Position numbers and translations under genes: made by a program. A stretch of DNA of 64,000 bases from Marsupella aquatica. Lineage: Eukaryota > Plantae > Marchantiophyta. Shown piece after piece: positions 22,636-34,472 of the stretch (its first letter is position 1; every line of letters begins with the position of its first letter). Below the pieces are notes generated by a model. It saw only the letters and a program-made list of their open reading frames with translations, ran no database searches and had not been told where the DNA came from. Location of the stretch: assembly GCA_973895155.1 (NCBI GenBank), contig OZ316891.1:21837168-21901167 (forward strand), read 5' to 3'.

Positions 22636-25600
22636 ATGTCCTCTTCCTCTGAACTATCCAGTAGTGAGTACTCCTCCGATGACGATATACCCCCTCCTCC
22701 TCAGCCCGAGGTTACTGGTCCTCGTGGTCCACCCCGAAGACTTTGTGACTGCACCAGATGTGTGGGCCAAATTTCTCAAAAATCTTATGTGTGTGCTCAA
22801 CATATTGAGAGATATGGACGTCATAGAGGTCTTACTCCCGGGGCTTCTTCATCCCATATGGTAAGTTTGTTTCAATTGATTGCCGTTCTTTACTGTTATT
22901 TTTAGAGGTGAATCAATGTTTACACATATGGTTTACACATTTGGTTGTTTGTGGGTGTTTGAATGGAATAGGGATCCAGTATGCGTAGATTGGTGACACC
23001 ACCACCCTATGTCCCATCACAAGGAGTTTTAGATGCTATAGGCAATGCACTTTCACAAGCCTTGGGTTTGGGAATTAGTACCAGTCATGGGATAGAAGGG
23101 GAACACCCTCATGTGCCCACTGAGACACGAAGACCCCGGTCCAGGCCCCAATCCAACAGGAGGCCACGAGCACCCAATGACCCATCCAGAACACTAGTTC
23201 AGGGTAGGTGGGGTGTTTGTTCATTCACTGGCAAGTGTGCCTCTATCATCAAGGATTGGGAACCTATCACTCTTGGCTTGCCTTATTTTACAGATTTTGA
23301 TGAGGAGATTGTGGTTTGGGGTAGACGTTGGATTGTGAAAACTTCCACACTTGGAGAGAGACATGGATATGGAGTATTTGCTTGTGAGGATATCATCATG
23401 GATGAGGAGGGTGGGTCAAGTGTTCGTGGTAGAGAGGGTCCTACTTTGTTCCCATACGGTGGACCCATCTACAAGAGAAGACATTGGAACATGATCCTTG
23501 CACAACATCCTGAGTGGAAAACATATGCTCTAGAGATGGATACTTTTGATGGTAGCACTAGAAGGTATAGTGAGCAGCGGGTGATAGATGGTGATCCCAT
23601 ACGTAATGGGAATATTGCTGGTTTCATAAATAGTACTGTGGGGACTCGGCCCAAGCGTAGGGCCAATTGTGAGTGGGTTTTTACTGATGGTCCAATGCCG
23701 GCACCATATGGCACGACATATCATAAGGACCATTGCTTAGTTCTTGCTACTAGGACCATTAGAGCAGGAGATGAGTTATTCACACACTATGAGTGGGATT
23801 AGGAAATCATGTCCTTTATCCTCTTGCACCTATTTTGGACTTCCCATTTACTATTATATATATGGCCTTTGGGCTCATTTTGGAGTAATAAGGTTTTAGC
23901 TCATGCATTTACTTTAATTCTTAATGTCTTGAATGAATGGTGTTAAGTCTATTTTAATTTGTTGTACTTGGTCAAATATACATGAGGAGGTTTTTTGGTT
24001 GTAATGTGCATAGAATGCGCAACCATCTCAACAAATGTTACCACGAAGGTTGAGAGCAACATATCGGGAGATGGGTATGCCAGAAGAGGGAGAACCATCA
24101 GAGGGTGATTCCTCATCAAGTAATGATGTAGGTGGTGCTGATGAGGAAGCCGCACCTCGGACTGATGACCAGGTCATGCATGATCAAGATAGAGCCATGG
24201 ATGACTTCATGGTTGATTGGTTTGGTGCCGATGTTGAGGATGATGTGCCTCACATTGGTCATGAGGTTGGCCCTTCAAATGACCCACGGCCACAACATAC
24301 TCCAGAGGGACAACAACAATGGAAAGAGGCAGAGGAACATGCTCGAACACCTATTTTTGAGGGTGCTCGGTTGAGCCGTCTTTCTGCCATATTGGGGCTC
24401 TTGAACATTCAAGCCAAACACAAGACAAGCAATTCTATCAGACATATTTGAATATTGTCATGACTTGATGTTACCCTCGGAGAATGTGTTGCCAGGGACC
24501 TGGAAGGATGCAAAGAAGGTTCTCTCATCCATTGGTATGGATTACCATATTATTCATGCCTGTGTGAATGATTGCATGTTATTTCACGGGGATACAGCCC
24601 ATATCACAGAATGCACAGTGTGTCATGAGCCACGGTATGAGCCAAACATGCTAACCCAGAAGGTACCAAGGAAAGCAGTTCATTGGTTCCCCATAATTCC
24701 TCGCTTGTTGCACATGTATAGATGTTCTGACTTGGCCGAGTTGATGGTATGGCACAAGAAACATCGTTCGGAGCCCGGTGTCATGCGATTACCAATTGAC
24801 TCTCCTGCTCATAAACATGTGGAATCAACATGGCCAGATTTTGAGCGTGACCCTCGGCATGTGCGACTTGGGTTGGCATCAGATGGAGTTAGCCCTCATT
24901 CACTTGGAGGGAAGGGGAGACCTACATCGGTCTGGCCTGTGGTTCTCATGAATTACAACCTTCCACCATGGTTGTCCATGAAAAAGGGTTTTTTGTTGCT
25001 ATCTTTGATTATCCCAGGGCCAAAGAAGGTGAAGAACATGGACACCTATTTGACATTACTGGTTCAGGAACTCCAGAAATTATGGGAAGGAGTATGGGCA
25101 TATGATGGTCGAAAGACTACAGGGGGTACCCCATGGGTTTTCAAACTCAAAGGGGTTTGTATGTGGACCATGCATGACTACCCAGGTAAGAACTTTGTTG
25201 TTTAAATGCATCATATTCTAATGCATGGTATCCCCTCATTTCCATGTGCTAATCCTAACATAATGTGTGTTTATATGACCAGGATTTGGCTTTGTGAGTG
25301 GGTTGCAAACCCAAGGCTACAAGGCTTGCTCCACTTGTGGCCCAAGCCTTGGTGATGTAGCCAAGTATTCATCACATCTTCGCAAGATTGTTTATCTTGG
25401 GCATACAAAGTTTCTTCCAATGGGACATCAGATGAGGCGTGACCCACTACTATTTTCCTCTATTGATATGCCCTTTGGTGACGAGCGTGATGTACCTGAG
25501 CCAACAACTTTTACACACTGGAAAGACATGGCTGCAAGAGTGGCAGACCCAGAGGATCCCATGCAATTTGACGGTAGTGGCTTGACAAGGTGGAGTATAT

Positions 25601-27402
25601 TAACCACTTTGCCCTATTGGGGTGAGTTGAAGATCCGCCATCTATTAGACCCCATGCACATTGAGGGAAATGTGGGAAAGGCTTTGATAAAGGCTTTCTA
25701 TGGAGAGAAAGACACTAACTTCAGGGAGGCTTGTGAGGATCTTGAGATGCATCTAGACGTGTGGGTCATAAGTGATCCTATCACAGGGATCGAGCATCGA
25801 CCTTCAGCTCCATGGGTGCTTCCTATTGGCCAGAGAAGGGAGTTTCAGAATCGCATAGGAGACATGCGGTTTCCTACTGGTTATGGTGCCAATCTCCGAA
25901 AGGCCTTTGGGATGGAGGACAATCATAAGTGGCCAAGGTATCTCAAGACACATGACTACCATAGGTTATTGCAGCACATATTGCCTGTGGCCATAATAGG
26001 TTTGGCAAGTGAAGAAGTGCAAGATGCCCTTTGGTCATTGGGAAAACTATTGAGATGGGTATGCTCTAAGGAGATATATACTGATGAGATCCCTGGGATG
26101 GAGGTTTTGGCAGCAGAGGTGGTATGCAAGTTGGAGAAGGCCCTTCCTCCTTCCTTTTTTGACTGTCAAGTGCATTTACTTGTTCATCTTGTTCATGAGG
26201 TGGCCATTGCAGGTCCTGTGCATTGTCGGTGGATATATTGGCTAGAACGATACATGGCAGTGTTAAAAGGTTATGTACGTAACCGTGCACGGGTTGAGGG
26301 AAGCATGGCTACAGGATACTTAGCAGCTGAGAGTATGTTCTATTGTAGTAACATATTGGCCACAATTGATTGTACCTCTCCCCGTACTTGGGTAGAGGAG
26401 AGGGAAGATGAAGAGGATCGTTTAACAGGTGCTAGGAAAACTCGCATGTTGACACCAGTGGAGGTGAAACAACTGACCACATTCATGTTGAGTAACAGCA
26501 CTATCATGGAAGAATGGAGGGATTTCTATGAGGATGCCAAAAGTAACAGCACAAGACCAAGGATTTTTCCAAAGTACCTTGACTATATGAAGGAGAAGTT
26601 AGTTGAGGTGGATGACATGGTGGTCAGGGGAGAGAGTGTATTACATTTTCCGGCTATCACAGATGATGTTCGTACCATTGTTCATGGTCCCTTGAGAGTG
26701 GTTACAACAAGGACAGCAATGTGGACACAAGGAAGACATTTCAAGTGATCTCCATCTACCTTAGTAACCTTTGATTTGAATCACTTGGTTTAATTTAATT
26801 CATTTATAATACAAACACGTATATTGAAGAGGCAGATTCTTGGTGTGTTCAATTAATTGGAATATGTTTGTGTCTATTTTTGTGTAACATATCCTTATGG
26901 TTTGATGGATTTTAGGATTTCTTCCCTTGATGAGAAGAGGGGTCGTACCTTTGATTGTGGAGTTCAAGGACAATTCTCTCAAGATTCCCGCAGCAGTCGC
27001 CATGACACAAATATTATTCGAGATGTTGTGCCACATTATGGAAAGGTAGAAGAGATTCTAGTGATATCTTATGATGCACAATCAAAGTTTGAAGAGTATG
27101 TCTTCAAGTGCAAGTGGTTCAAAGTGAACCTTGCAGGTAACAATCCTACTGTGGTTCAAGATGAGTGTGGATTTACACGACTGAAGACGTCTGCCACTAG
27201 TTTCCAGCCATCTCATTGGCAAACATCAGAGCCGTTCACTTTTCCAAGTCATGTGGAACAATGTTTCTATATTCCATACCCCCCAAACCCAGAGGAATGG
27301 TCACTTGTCATCACATATGTGCCACGGTCTCGTTCAATCGTTGGGGAAAAGCCTGATATTCTGGTTGTGTCCCAACCTGAAGATGATGAGGACCAAGTTT
27401 GA
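22636..27402 (+). pseudogene. tnpD: CACTA-2 TnpD transposase (exons 22636-22860, 24014-25185, ~25283-26744, ~26916-27402), frameshifted near 24440
   Basis: Exon 1 Zn motif CDCTRC...HIERYG; IHACVNDC...CTVC; DPRHVRLGLASDGVSP; MHDYPG; RHLLDPMHIEGN; LKTHDYH; PPSFFDCQVHL; WIYWLERYM; FKCKWF; EPFTFPSHVEQCFY. The frame changes between ORFs 24035..24451 and 24465..25205. Confidence 0.9.
22972..23802 (+). CDS. SET-domain (lysine methyltransferase-fold) terminal exon inside TnpD intron 1
   Basis: SET motifs in order: VKTS...HGYGVFACEDI, FPYGG, YALEM, VIDG...GNIAGFINS, ANCEWV, VLATRTIRAGDELFTHY*. Acceptor AG at 22970-22971 is in phase with exon 22636-22860. Confidence 0.87.
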   Translation, partial: GSSMRRLVTPPPYVPSQGVLDAIGNALSQALGLGISTSHGIEGEHPHVPTETRRPRSRPQSNRRPRAPNDPSRTLVQGRWGVCSFTGKCASIIKDWEPITLGLPYFTDFDEEIVVWGRRWIVKTSTLGERHGYGVFACEDIIMDEEGGSSVRGREGPTLFPYGGPIYKRRHWNMILAQHPEWKTYALEMDTFDGSTRRYSEQRVIDGDPIRNGNIAGFINSTVGTRPKRRANCEWVFTDGPMPAPYGTTYHKDHCLVLATRTIRAGDELFTHYEWD

Positions 27403-28208
27403 GGGGTCTGTGTTTGTGGATATATAGCTACATGGATATATAGTTAGATTTGATGATATGAAGATTTCTCTTCTCGGTAGAATGGAGAAATATGTGCTTC
27501 TCAATTATCAATAAACTTATGTTTTGTAAGTATATCATTTTCAAATGTTGTTTTCTATATCTCCCATCCCTACCCCACACTCACCACACCTTTTGGTAGA
27601 CTTTATGCAAAGAAAACTCATGTTGCTTGTAGTCCTCTATCCTCCATGCTTTCCTAATCCCCCCCTAGCTGTTCTCCTTATTACTTGTACCCACCTCCCT
27701 CCTCCTTTCTTTCATTGTCTGTCCCTCTAATTAAACCCTCCTTCCTCCTTCCTCTCCTTGTCCCAACCCCTGGCTTTCTATTTCAACCCTATACTTTCCT
27801 TACTTTCCACCCCTGTCCCCCACTCTTACCTATACAACCTAGCTTCTCTCCTCCCTCCTAAACCTATACCCTTAAACCTCCCTCATTTCCTTGTCCCTCT
27901 CTAAACCAATACCCTCCCTCCTTTCCTTGTCCCTCTCTAAACCCTAAACTCCCTCCTTTTTATTTTCACTCCCTAAATCCAAACCCTCCCTAAAACTATA
28001 TCTACATACCCTTCCTCCTCCCTCATTTCCTTGTGCCCCCTAAACCTGTATCCTCCCTCTTGGATCCCTCCGTTCCTTGTCCCTCCTAGCCCCATTCCCT
28101 TCCTCCTCCTTTTCATTGTCCCTCCCTAAAAATTACATGTATCCACCCTCCTTTACCCTCCCTCCCCAATCCCATTCCTTTTCCACCTCTTTGAAGCGCT
28201 CATAATAT

Positions 28209-28740
28209 TTTGCGAAACATCTTGCGAAACCCCTACACCCGCAAACTCATCGCTACATTTGCGATACTTAACTGCTCCCTAATTGCCATCATCCCCTCAT
28301 CGCAAACTTCTGAAGATACCACCATCTCAAAGTTGCGAAACCAAAACATTCACAAAATGAGACCCTAGACAGGCACAGGATTTGCGAGCCTATTACTATC
28401 GCAAGTTAGCCATATATTCCACAAACATCGCTCATTTTCCAGACAATAAGACTCGCAAAATATTTTGAGATGCTTAAATATTCGCAACCATTTAGTTTTC
28501 CGGCGCATCTCAATGAATTTGCGAAGCGGTAAAGATCGCTAACTTGTTCAATGGTAATTGCTTCGGAAATGTTTTGTGATACCTGAAGTGTCGTAAAATG
28601 TTGCGATGGTCTAAGTTTCGCAATTATGTGTTGCGATATGTGTAGATTCGCTAAGTGCGATACGTATCGTATCGCAAGGTTAGCGATGAGATTAATCTTG
28701 CAAAGCTTTCTTCCTCTTGTAAAACGCCTTCGCAAAATTG
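28209..28740. repeat. TCGCAA/TTGCGA subterminal repeat field of CACTA-2
   Basis: Many TCGCA/TGCGA motifs in both orientations directly inside the TIR. Confidence 0.8.
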
Positions 28741-28752
28741 GCAAATATGTAG

Positions 28753-29049
28753 CTCGGGGGTCTCACTATATGGGGACCTCCCCATCGCCTGCGACGTTTT
28801 TAGGCCTCGGACCCCCTAAAATGTAAGAAAAAAAATTTATTTTTTAACCCCTATAAAGTTGGAATATTCTTGGAATATTCTAAAAATTGGATTAAAAAGA
28901 CCCTAATGTTCTTATAAGTCTCAAAATTGAATTTAAAAGTCCCTATTGTTCTTCTACAAAAATTCTTAAGTCTTCCCTTAGAACCAATAAAATGACCCTA
29001 TCCTTCGTCGCACGTGATATGCCATTTTTGTGGAAGTGAAACCCCCGAG
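28753..29049. mobile_element. 297-bp MITE, copy 1
   Basis: TIR CTCGGGGGTCTCACT...AGTGAAACCCCCGAG; 8-bp TSD ATATGTAG (28745-28752, 29050-29057); empty site in the mirror copy at 57793-57810. Confidence 0.95.
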
Positions 29050-29062
29050 ATATGTAGTAGTG

Positions 29063-30199
29063 AAAGAGCCTCTGATTTGGCCCGAAACAAGGCTCTAAGC
29101 AAACCGAAAAGTGTATAAAGCCCCCTGGGGCTTGAATCTAAACAACAAGTTGTGAAAGCTTGTGTGTACACAAGGTGGGATGAGAACTTGCCAGTTAAAC
29201 GCTCGCGGCTGGGAATAGCCCCGGGATGGGTGGCCTTGCGCTTCGCCTTGTGCTCGCAATTCGGAATAGTCCCAGGATGTGTGACCTTGCACTTCACCTT
29301 GCGCTTGCGACTCGAAATAGTCCTGGGATGGATGACCTTGCGATTCGCCTTATGCGCGCATAGTTGTGTGTGTACACAAAACAAAAGTCGTCGGGCTCAA
29401 AAATGGCAATATTTGCCACTCAAAAGCAGCAATTTCCTTCACAAAAACGGCAACGTTGATGGCTCTCGACCTCCGCAAACCCGTCGCACACAGTTTTGGG
29501 ACATTCCGCAAGCGTCCCTTGACAATAAAACGCTACGAGCACTCAAAATTCCAACAGACCTGTCCACAAAATAGCAGCGCAATACAAGCAGCAACCTTTG
29601 GCCATCTCTTTCCAGATCTAGACTCCGACTCAATCCAGATCCAGATCTAGACCAGATCCAGATCCAACAACGTTCAAGCTTGGCCAAAACCAGATCGAAT
29701 AGCAACAGTGTACTCAAACAATATCTGAACCAACGATTCAAGAAACATGAATCCGCGTCAAACACAAATCCAATTGATTTGAGCTACCACGAACCGTCAC
29801 CGTCAACGACAAACTCAAACTGAGCTTCTGTCCGCACAACAGAGTTTGAAGCTCATGATCTTTCAATGTAATCTCCTCAACAATCGGCACAATGATCCCG
29901 GTCAACAATACCCCATCGATCCCGCACCGATCCAATCACACACGTATGTTAAGCCAATGCACCTTGCACTACTCAAGGAATCCATGTTACACAAGCGGAG
30001 CTCACAGTCACCATAGCCACACTCAAGCTCCTCTCTCTCCAAGGCTCAACATTGAAAGATGACCTTTCAATGCCTCACAAGTGAGAAGTACCCTCTCACA
30101 CAAACCTAACGGAACCTTATCGGCTCATATAGCACACATACCAAATATACGGATCTAGATAGTACGATACACTCTAACACTACCTAGAATGGTGTGACA
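29063..30199 (-). mobile_element. Partial LTR of another retrotransposon inserted into the integrase (mirror of 56656-57792)
   Basis: Begins TGTCACACCATT where integrase coding stops; similar to sequence starting at 60141; contains three repeats of about 60 bp at 29205-29355; truncated by the CACTA-2 TIR. Confidence 0.7.
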
Positions 30200-32195
30200 T
30201 GCCACAAGTTCTATCCACTTGGAGAAATGCTCTATCATGATCATGATGTAGAGATTACCCCGAGATGTGAGGGGCAATTCTCCAGCCAAATCACATGAGC
30301 AACGATGAAACATGCCTTGAATAGGGAATGGATGAAGTGTGGGTTGCTGAGATGTGAAAAAAGTCCTCACCTATCACACTATTCACACCAGGCAATAACA
30401 TCCCAAACCTGGCCATGCATGCCCCTCCAATGATAATGGGGAACCAAGAGGCTGTAAGTCCTCTTAATGCCAAAATGACCAAGCTTAGAATGTACCTTAC
30501 GGATAGGGCTAACCCTCTCATGAATGGGTGGAACCACCACTTCCCTGTCTGGCAAGCAGCGCACAAGATGATCTCCCTTCCACAAGTAGCGCTTGGACCT
30601 CTATTGAATTTGGTCTCTCTGGGCTGCAGTGACATGTGTGGGGTATTCTCCATGCTGTAGAAATCTCAGAGTATTGTTGTCCTCCCATATGTCCACCACA
30701 GGTTGGTCAACAACGTAGCATGGCAGCAAAGCAAGATAGGTAGATGCATGAAATGCAGGTAGGATGGAAACCTGGTCAAAATCCTGTCGTGCATCTGAGG
30801 AATCATCAGAGGTAATCAAAGGGGTGCAGAACATAGTGTCAGCATTCTGATGTGTCACACCAGGCCTATGAATTACCTCAAAGTCATACTCCTAGAGTAT
30901 GAGTGTCCAACAAGCAAGCTTGCCAGTAAGCTTTCGTTAGTCATCAACCACTTCAAGGGCTGGTGGTTGGTGTAGAGAGTAAATCTGGTCCCATAGAGGT
31001 AGGGCCTGTAATGTATGACAGCCCACACAACAGCAAGGCATTCACCCTCATAAGAAGAATAATGACTCTTTGCCTGATTGTTGCTCTTGGATGCATAGGC
31101 AATGACGTACTCTTTACCTTCCTCATCATGATGGCCCAAAATGGCACCAATCTCAAGGGCACTCCAATCTGTGTGTAGCACAAAGACCTTGCTAAAATCA
31201 GGTCTTCTCAACACCGGGTATTCTGAGAGCTTCTCCTTCAAAGTGGCAAATGCTGCCTCAGCATCTGTACTCCATGTCCAAGTCACATTCTTTTTCAACA
31301 AAGAGTACAATGGGTGTGCAATGGTACTGAAATCTTTGATGTAGATCCGGTAGTAATTGCACAACCCAATAAAGCTCCTAAAAGTGTGAACATCAGTAGG
31401 AGTGGGCATTTCCAAGATGGATACTACCTTGCCCAATGAGCCATGGTTCCATTTGGAATAATGCGATGCCCAAGGTATATTATTGATCTGACAGCAAATT
31501 CACACTTCTTGGGGTGTATCTTTAGGTTCACCTTCTTAAGCCTCAAGAATAGCTCCTCAAGGTCAAGTAGATGCTGGTCAAATCCTTTGCTGTGGACCAA
31601 CACATCATCAATGTAGCATTTTAGAAACTCAGCACCTTGAAGAACCTGGTCCATGACTCTTTGAAAGAATATGGGCGCATTCTTCAAGCCAAATGGCATC
31701 ACCAACCACTCCCATACTTAGTTGGTTACTACCATGGAAATTTTTTTTCTTGCGGTCCTTTGCAAGCAGCAAAATCTGGTTAAAGCCTTGCCTTAGATCC
31801 ACAAGAGTAAAGATGTCTGAGTCTCCAATGCTGTCAAATAGCTCCTCTGGCCGTGGCATGGGATACCTGTCCTGGGGTGTGACCAGGTTCAGTGGCCTAT
31901 AGTCCCCACACATGCGCTTCTCTGTCCACAATCCACTGAAATCCTTCTTTGTTGGCATCACTGTAGCTGCTACAAAATCTGATGTAGATGGCTCAATAAG
32001 ACCAGCTTCATAGAGCTCTTGGCACCTCTCATCCACCAGCTGCCACTCATGCTTACTCAAACGGTGTCTCCGCTTGAAGATAGGTGTTTCATCAGCCAAC
32101 TCAATGGGGAACTGCATAGTCTTGCACTTACCCAAGTCCTTCATAGAGAAAGCAAACACATTCTCATGCTTGAGGAGCAAATTCAGCAGCTGGTC
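30200..32195 (-). pseudogene. Ty3/Gypsy RT-RNase H-integrase N-terminus (mirror copy)
   Basis: RMCGDYRPLN, MPFGLKNAP, CYIDDV, LHTDWS, EGECLAVVWA, HSKLGHFG; several stops and frameshifts. Confidence 0.93.
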
Positions 32196-32594
32196 CTTCT
32201 ATCTTTTACTTAGGTGGTTGCCCATGATGAATGTGTAGTTGGAAACACTAGGAATAGGACCTGATGTACTCGGGTGCTTGAAGAGCCAAAAGTGCCAGCC
32301 TCTCCATTGTCCAAGCTGCTAGCATGGTGCTGATAAGGTGATGAGGCCTCTCCAAGGCCTGTTGTACCTGCTGATCTGGGTTGGTCCACACCATGAAACT
32401 CAGAAATATTGTCAGCCATGTTACAAGGGACCTCCTCCCCCCCGATAGTTGGACTGAAGTGGTGAGTGTTGAATAGAGGTACGTGCACCTGGTCTGGATG
32501 CCATGTAGCAGCTCCATGGAGTGGTAGGGCTGGAACTCCTGATGTTGGATGAATGTACATCTGAAAAAGGATGCAAGTGACCAGAAGCCAAGTG

Positions 32595-33517
32595 AGAGCA
32601 TTGAGATCCATTACCCTGCCAAGTAAAGCATTCCTGGCCAGCCTGGTGATTTGGGTGTGGCCTGTAGGACCGGATTGGAAGCCCATAGCCCGTTCTCTCT
32701 CCTCAGGACTAGGTTCATCCCATGTACTGGTAGAATGTCGATAAACCAGGCCAGGACCATCACCCTGAAAAGCATGGGCACCTGGAAAGGACACAAATGT
32801 AGGCCAAGCAGCACGGGGCTCTCCAATGGTATTGGCTGGATACCAAGGGGCTGGCTCCTGTCGTGTAGCTGGTTGGCAAGAACTGGCAGTATCCAAAATC
32901 TGGTCCACTGTGAGGTTAGTGTCCTTGGATGTGTGGTGAAGAGCTAACTCCAGCAAGGAAGGTGGTGCAAGGTTAGTCCAAAAGTTACAAAGATGATGTG
33001 CATAAGAACCATAGTGCACTGCATCAATGAGAAGGGGTGGTCCCAAGTAGTGTTGGACCATACTGAAATCCTCTTTGACCTGTGGATGTTGGTCAAACTG
33101 AGATGGAGTATTCTCAATGATGTAACCAACAACAGGGTAGAGGGCCTGAGCCCAGGTAAGAACCTGAACCAATGCTGTGAAAAGGCCAGAACAAGAATCA
33201 ATGTGCAATCCAACATCGTGACCAGCAGCTGAAAATCCTTGGCATTCCCAACCAGCTATGATCAAATCAAGGGAGCCAAGAAGGGTTAAGTGTCGGTGCT
33301 GGATATCTAGAGGGAAGAAAGAAAAGGCAAACTTCCATGCACTGTGTGGAAATTGCTGGGGAAATCGCTTTGAAAATTCCAGCAGACAGGATTCAGCCAC
33401 TTGTCTTGCACTTGGATCAATATCCACGTAGATGTACTACCTCACCACCATGCCAGATTGTAGGAGAGATTCTAGGCCTGTAGAAATGCCACCAAAAAGT
33501 TCAAGCAATGTAAGGCC
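32595..33517 (-). pseudogene. C5 DNA cytosine-methyltransferase domain within Gypsy pol (mirror copy)
   Basis: Same motifs as 53338-54260. Confidence 0.87.
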
Positions 33518-33894
33518 ATCTGGAGGAGGAGTCCATGTAACTGGTGCGCTCAAGATTGGGGCTATTGGCTGTCCATTGTGCTGCCCAAGGTCTTCAAACT
33601 TGCACAATGCAGCCACCAAAGGTCCATGGGCTACTTGAAGTCGTTGTACCACCTCTGGTTGATGATCCACGTTGCTAGAAAGTGCTGCTATATGTGCAGC
33701 AGCATGTGTAGTAGCCACCTCATCGTCATCCTTCTCAATCCAATCGTGCAATGGGTGGTTGACATAGGTAGTTGTGTGCACTTCTTTCAACACACAGTGG
33801 TGAGCCATAGGTGTATGGGCACCATGCAAATCAAGTGGAATGTAGCCCAAGTGTGAGCCATCAGTATGCCAATCAACTATGTAGTATGCATGCT

Positions 33895-34235
33895 CATGCC
33901 AGTTGTCAATGGTAAAACCTGGTGGGAACAAAGCCTCTTGGCCAATGAGCACATCATATGTCGTGGCATTGGTAACCAAACATCTGAGTGGGAAATGCAA
34001 TTCCTGATCTATACCTCCATTAAAAGTGAGAGTGAGTAAAATTGAACTCTCACCCAACACATCCTCCACAGTGCCATTAGCAATCCAAATGTGCCACCTG
34101 GATTGCTATAAATGATCAGTCAGGAGTCTCATCTTCTTGGCAAACTGAATGCCCAAGATCATTGGTTGAGCGCCTGTGCCTAGCATGACCACCTAAGGAG
34201 TGTGACCCTCCAACTTGACCACTGAATTCTTGTTG
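33895..34235 (-). pseudogene. Retrotransposon aspartic protease (mirror copy)
   Basis: VMLGTGAQPMI...YDVLIGQEAL, with stops. Confidence 0.75.
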
Positions 34236-34472
34236 TCAACAATGGCAATGGTGGTGGAAACTGAAGTCCTATCACTAGGCACCACTCTCGGCAAATGATG
34301 AGGTACCTTGTGAAGGGAGTTAGTGTCCACGGTCTTTCCACTCAACAACATAGCCCAGAAAGATGGAGCAGCATGACCAGAATTAAGTGTAGCTCTGGTC
34401 ACACAATCAGCAGCAATCGGTAAAAGGGAAGCCAAACCAGTGGAAACATGTAATGGAGAAGAAGAAGGTCCA

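Larger units (their letters stand above)
18600..29062 (+). mobile_element. CACTA-2: decayed CACTA element with divergent TnpA-like (-) and TnpD (+) genes; left end not found
   Basis: Right TIR ...CAAATATGTAGTAGTG ends at 29062 and is split by a MITE; the intact version CACTACTACATATTTG is at 57793. TCGCAA subterminal repeats at 28209-28740; TnpD homology inside. The start coordinate is only a minimum. Confidence 0.8.
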
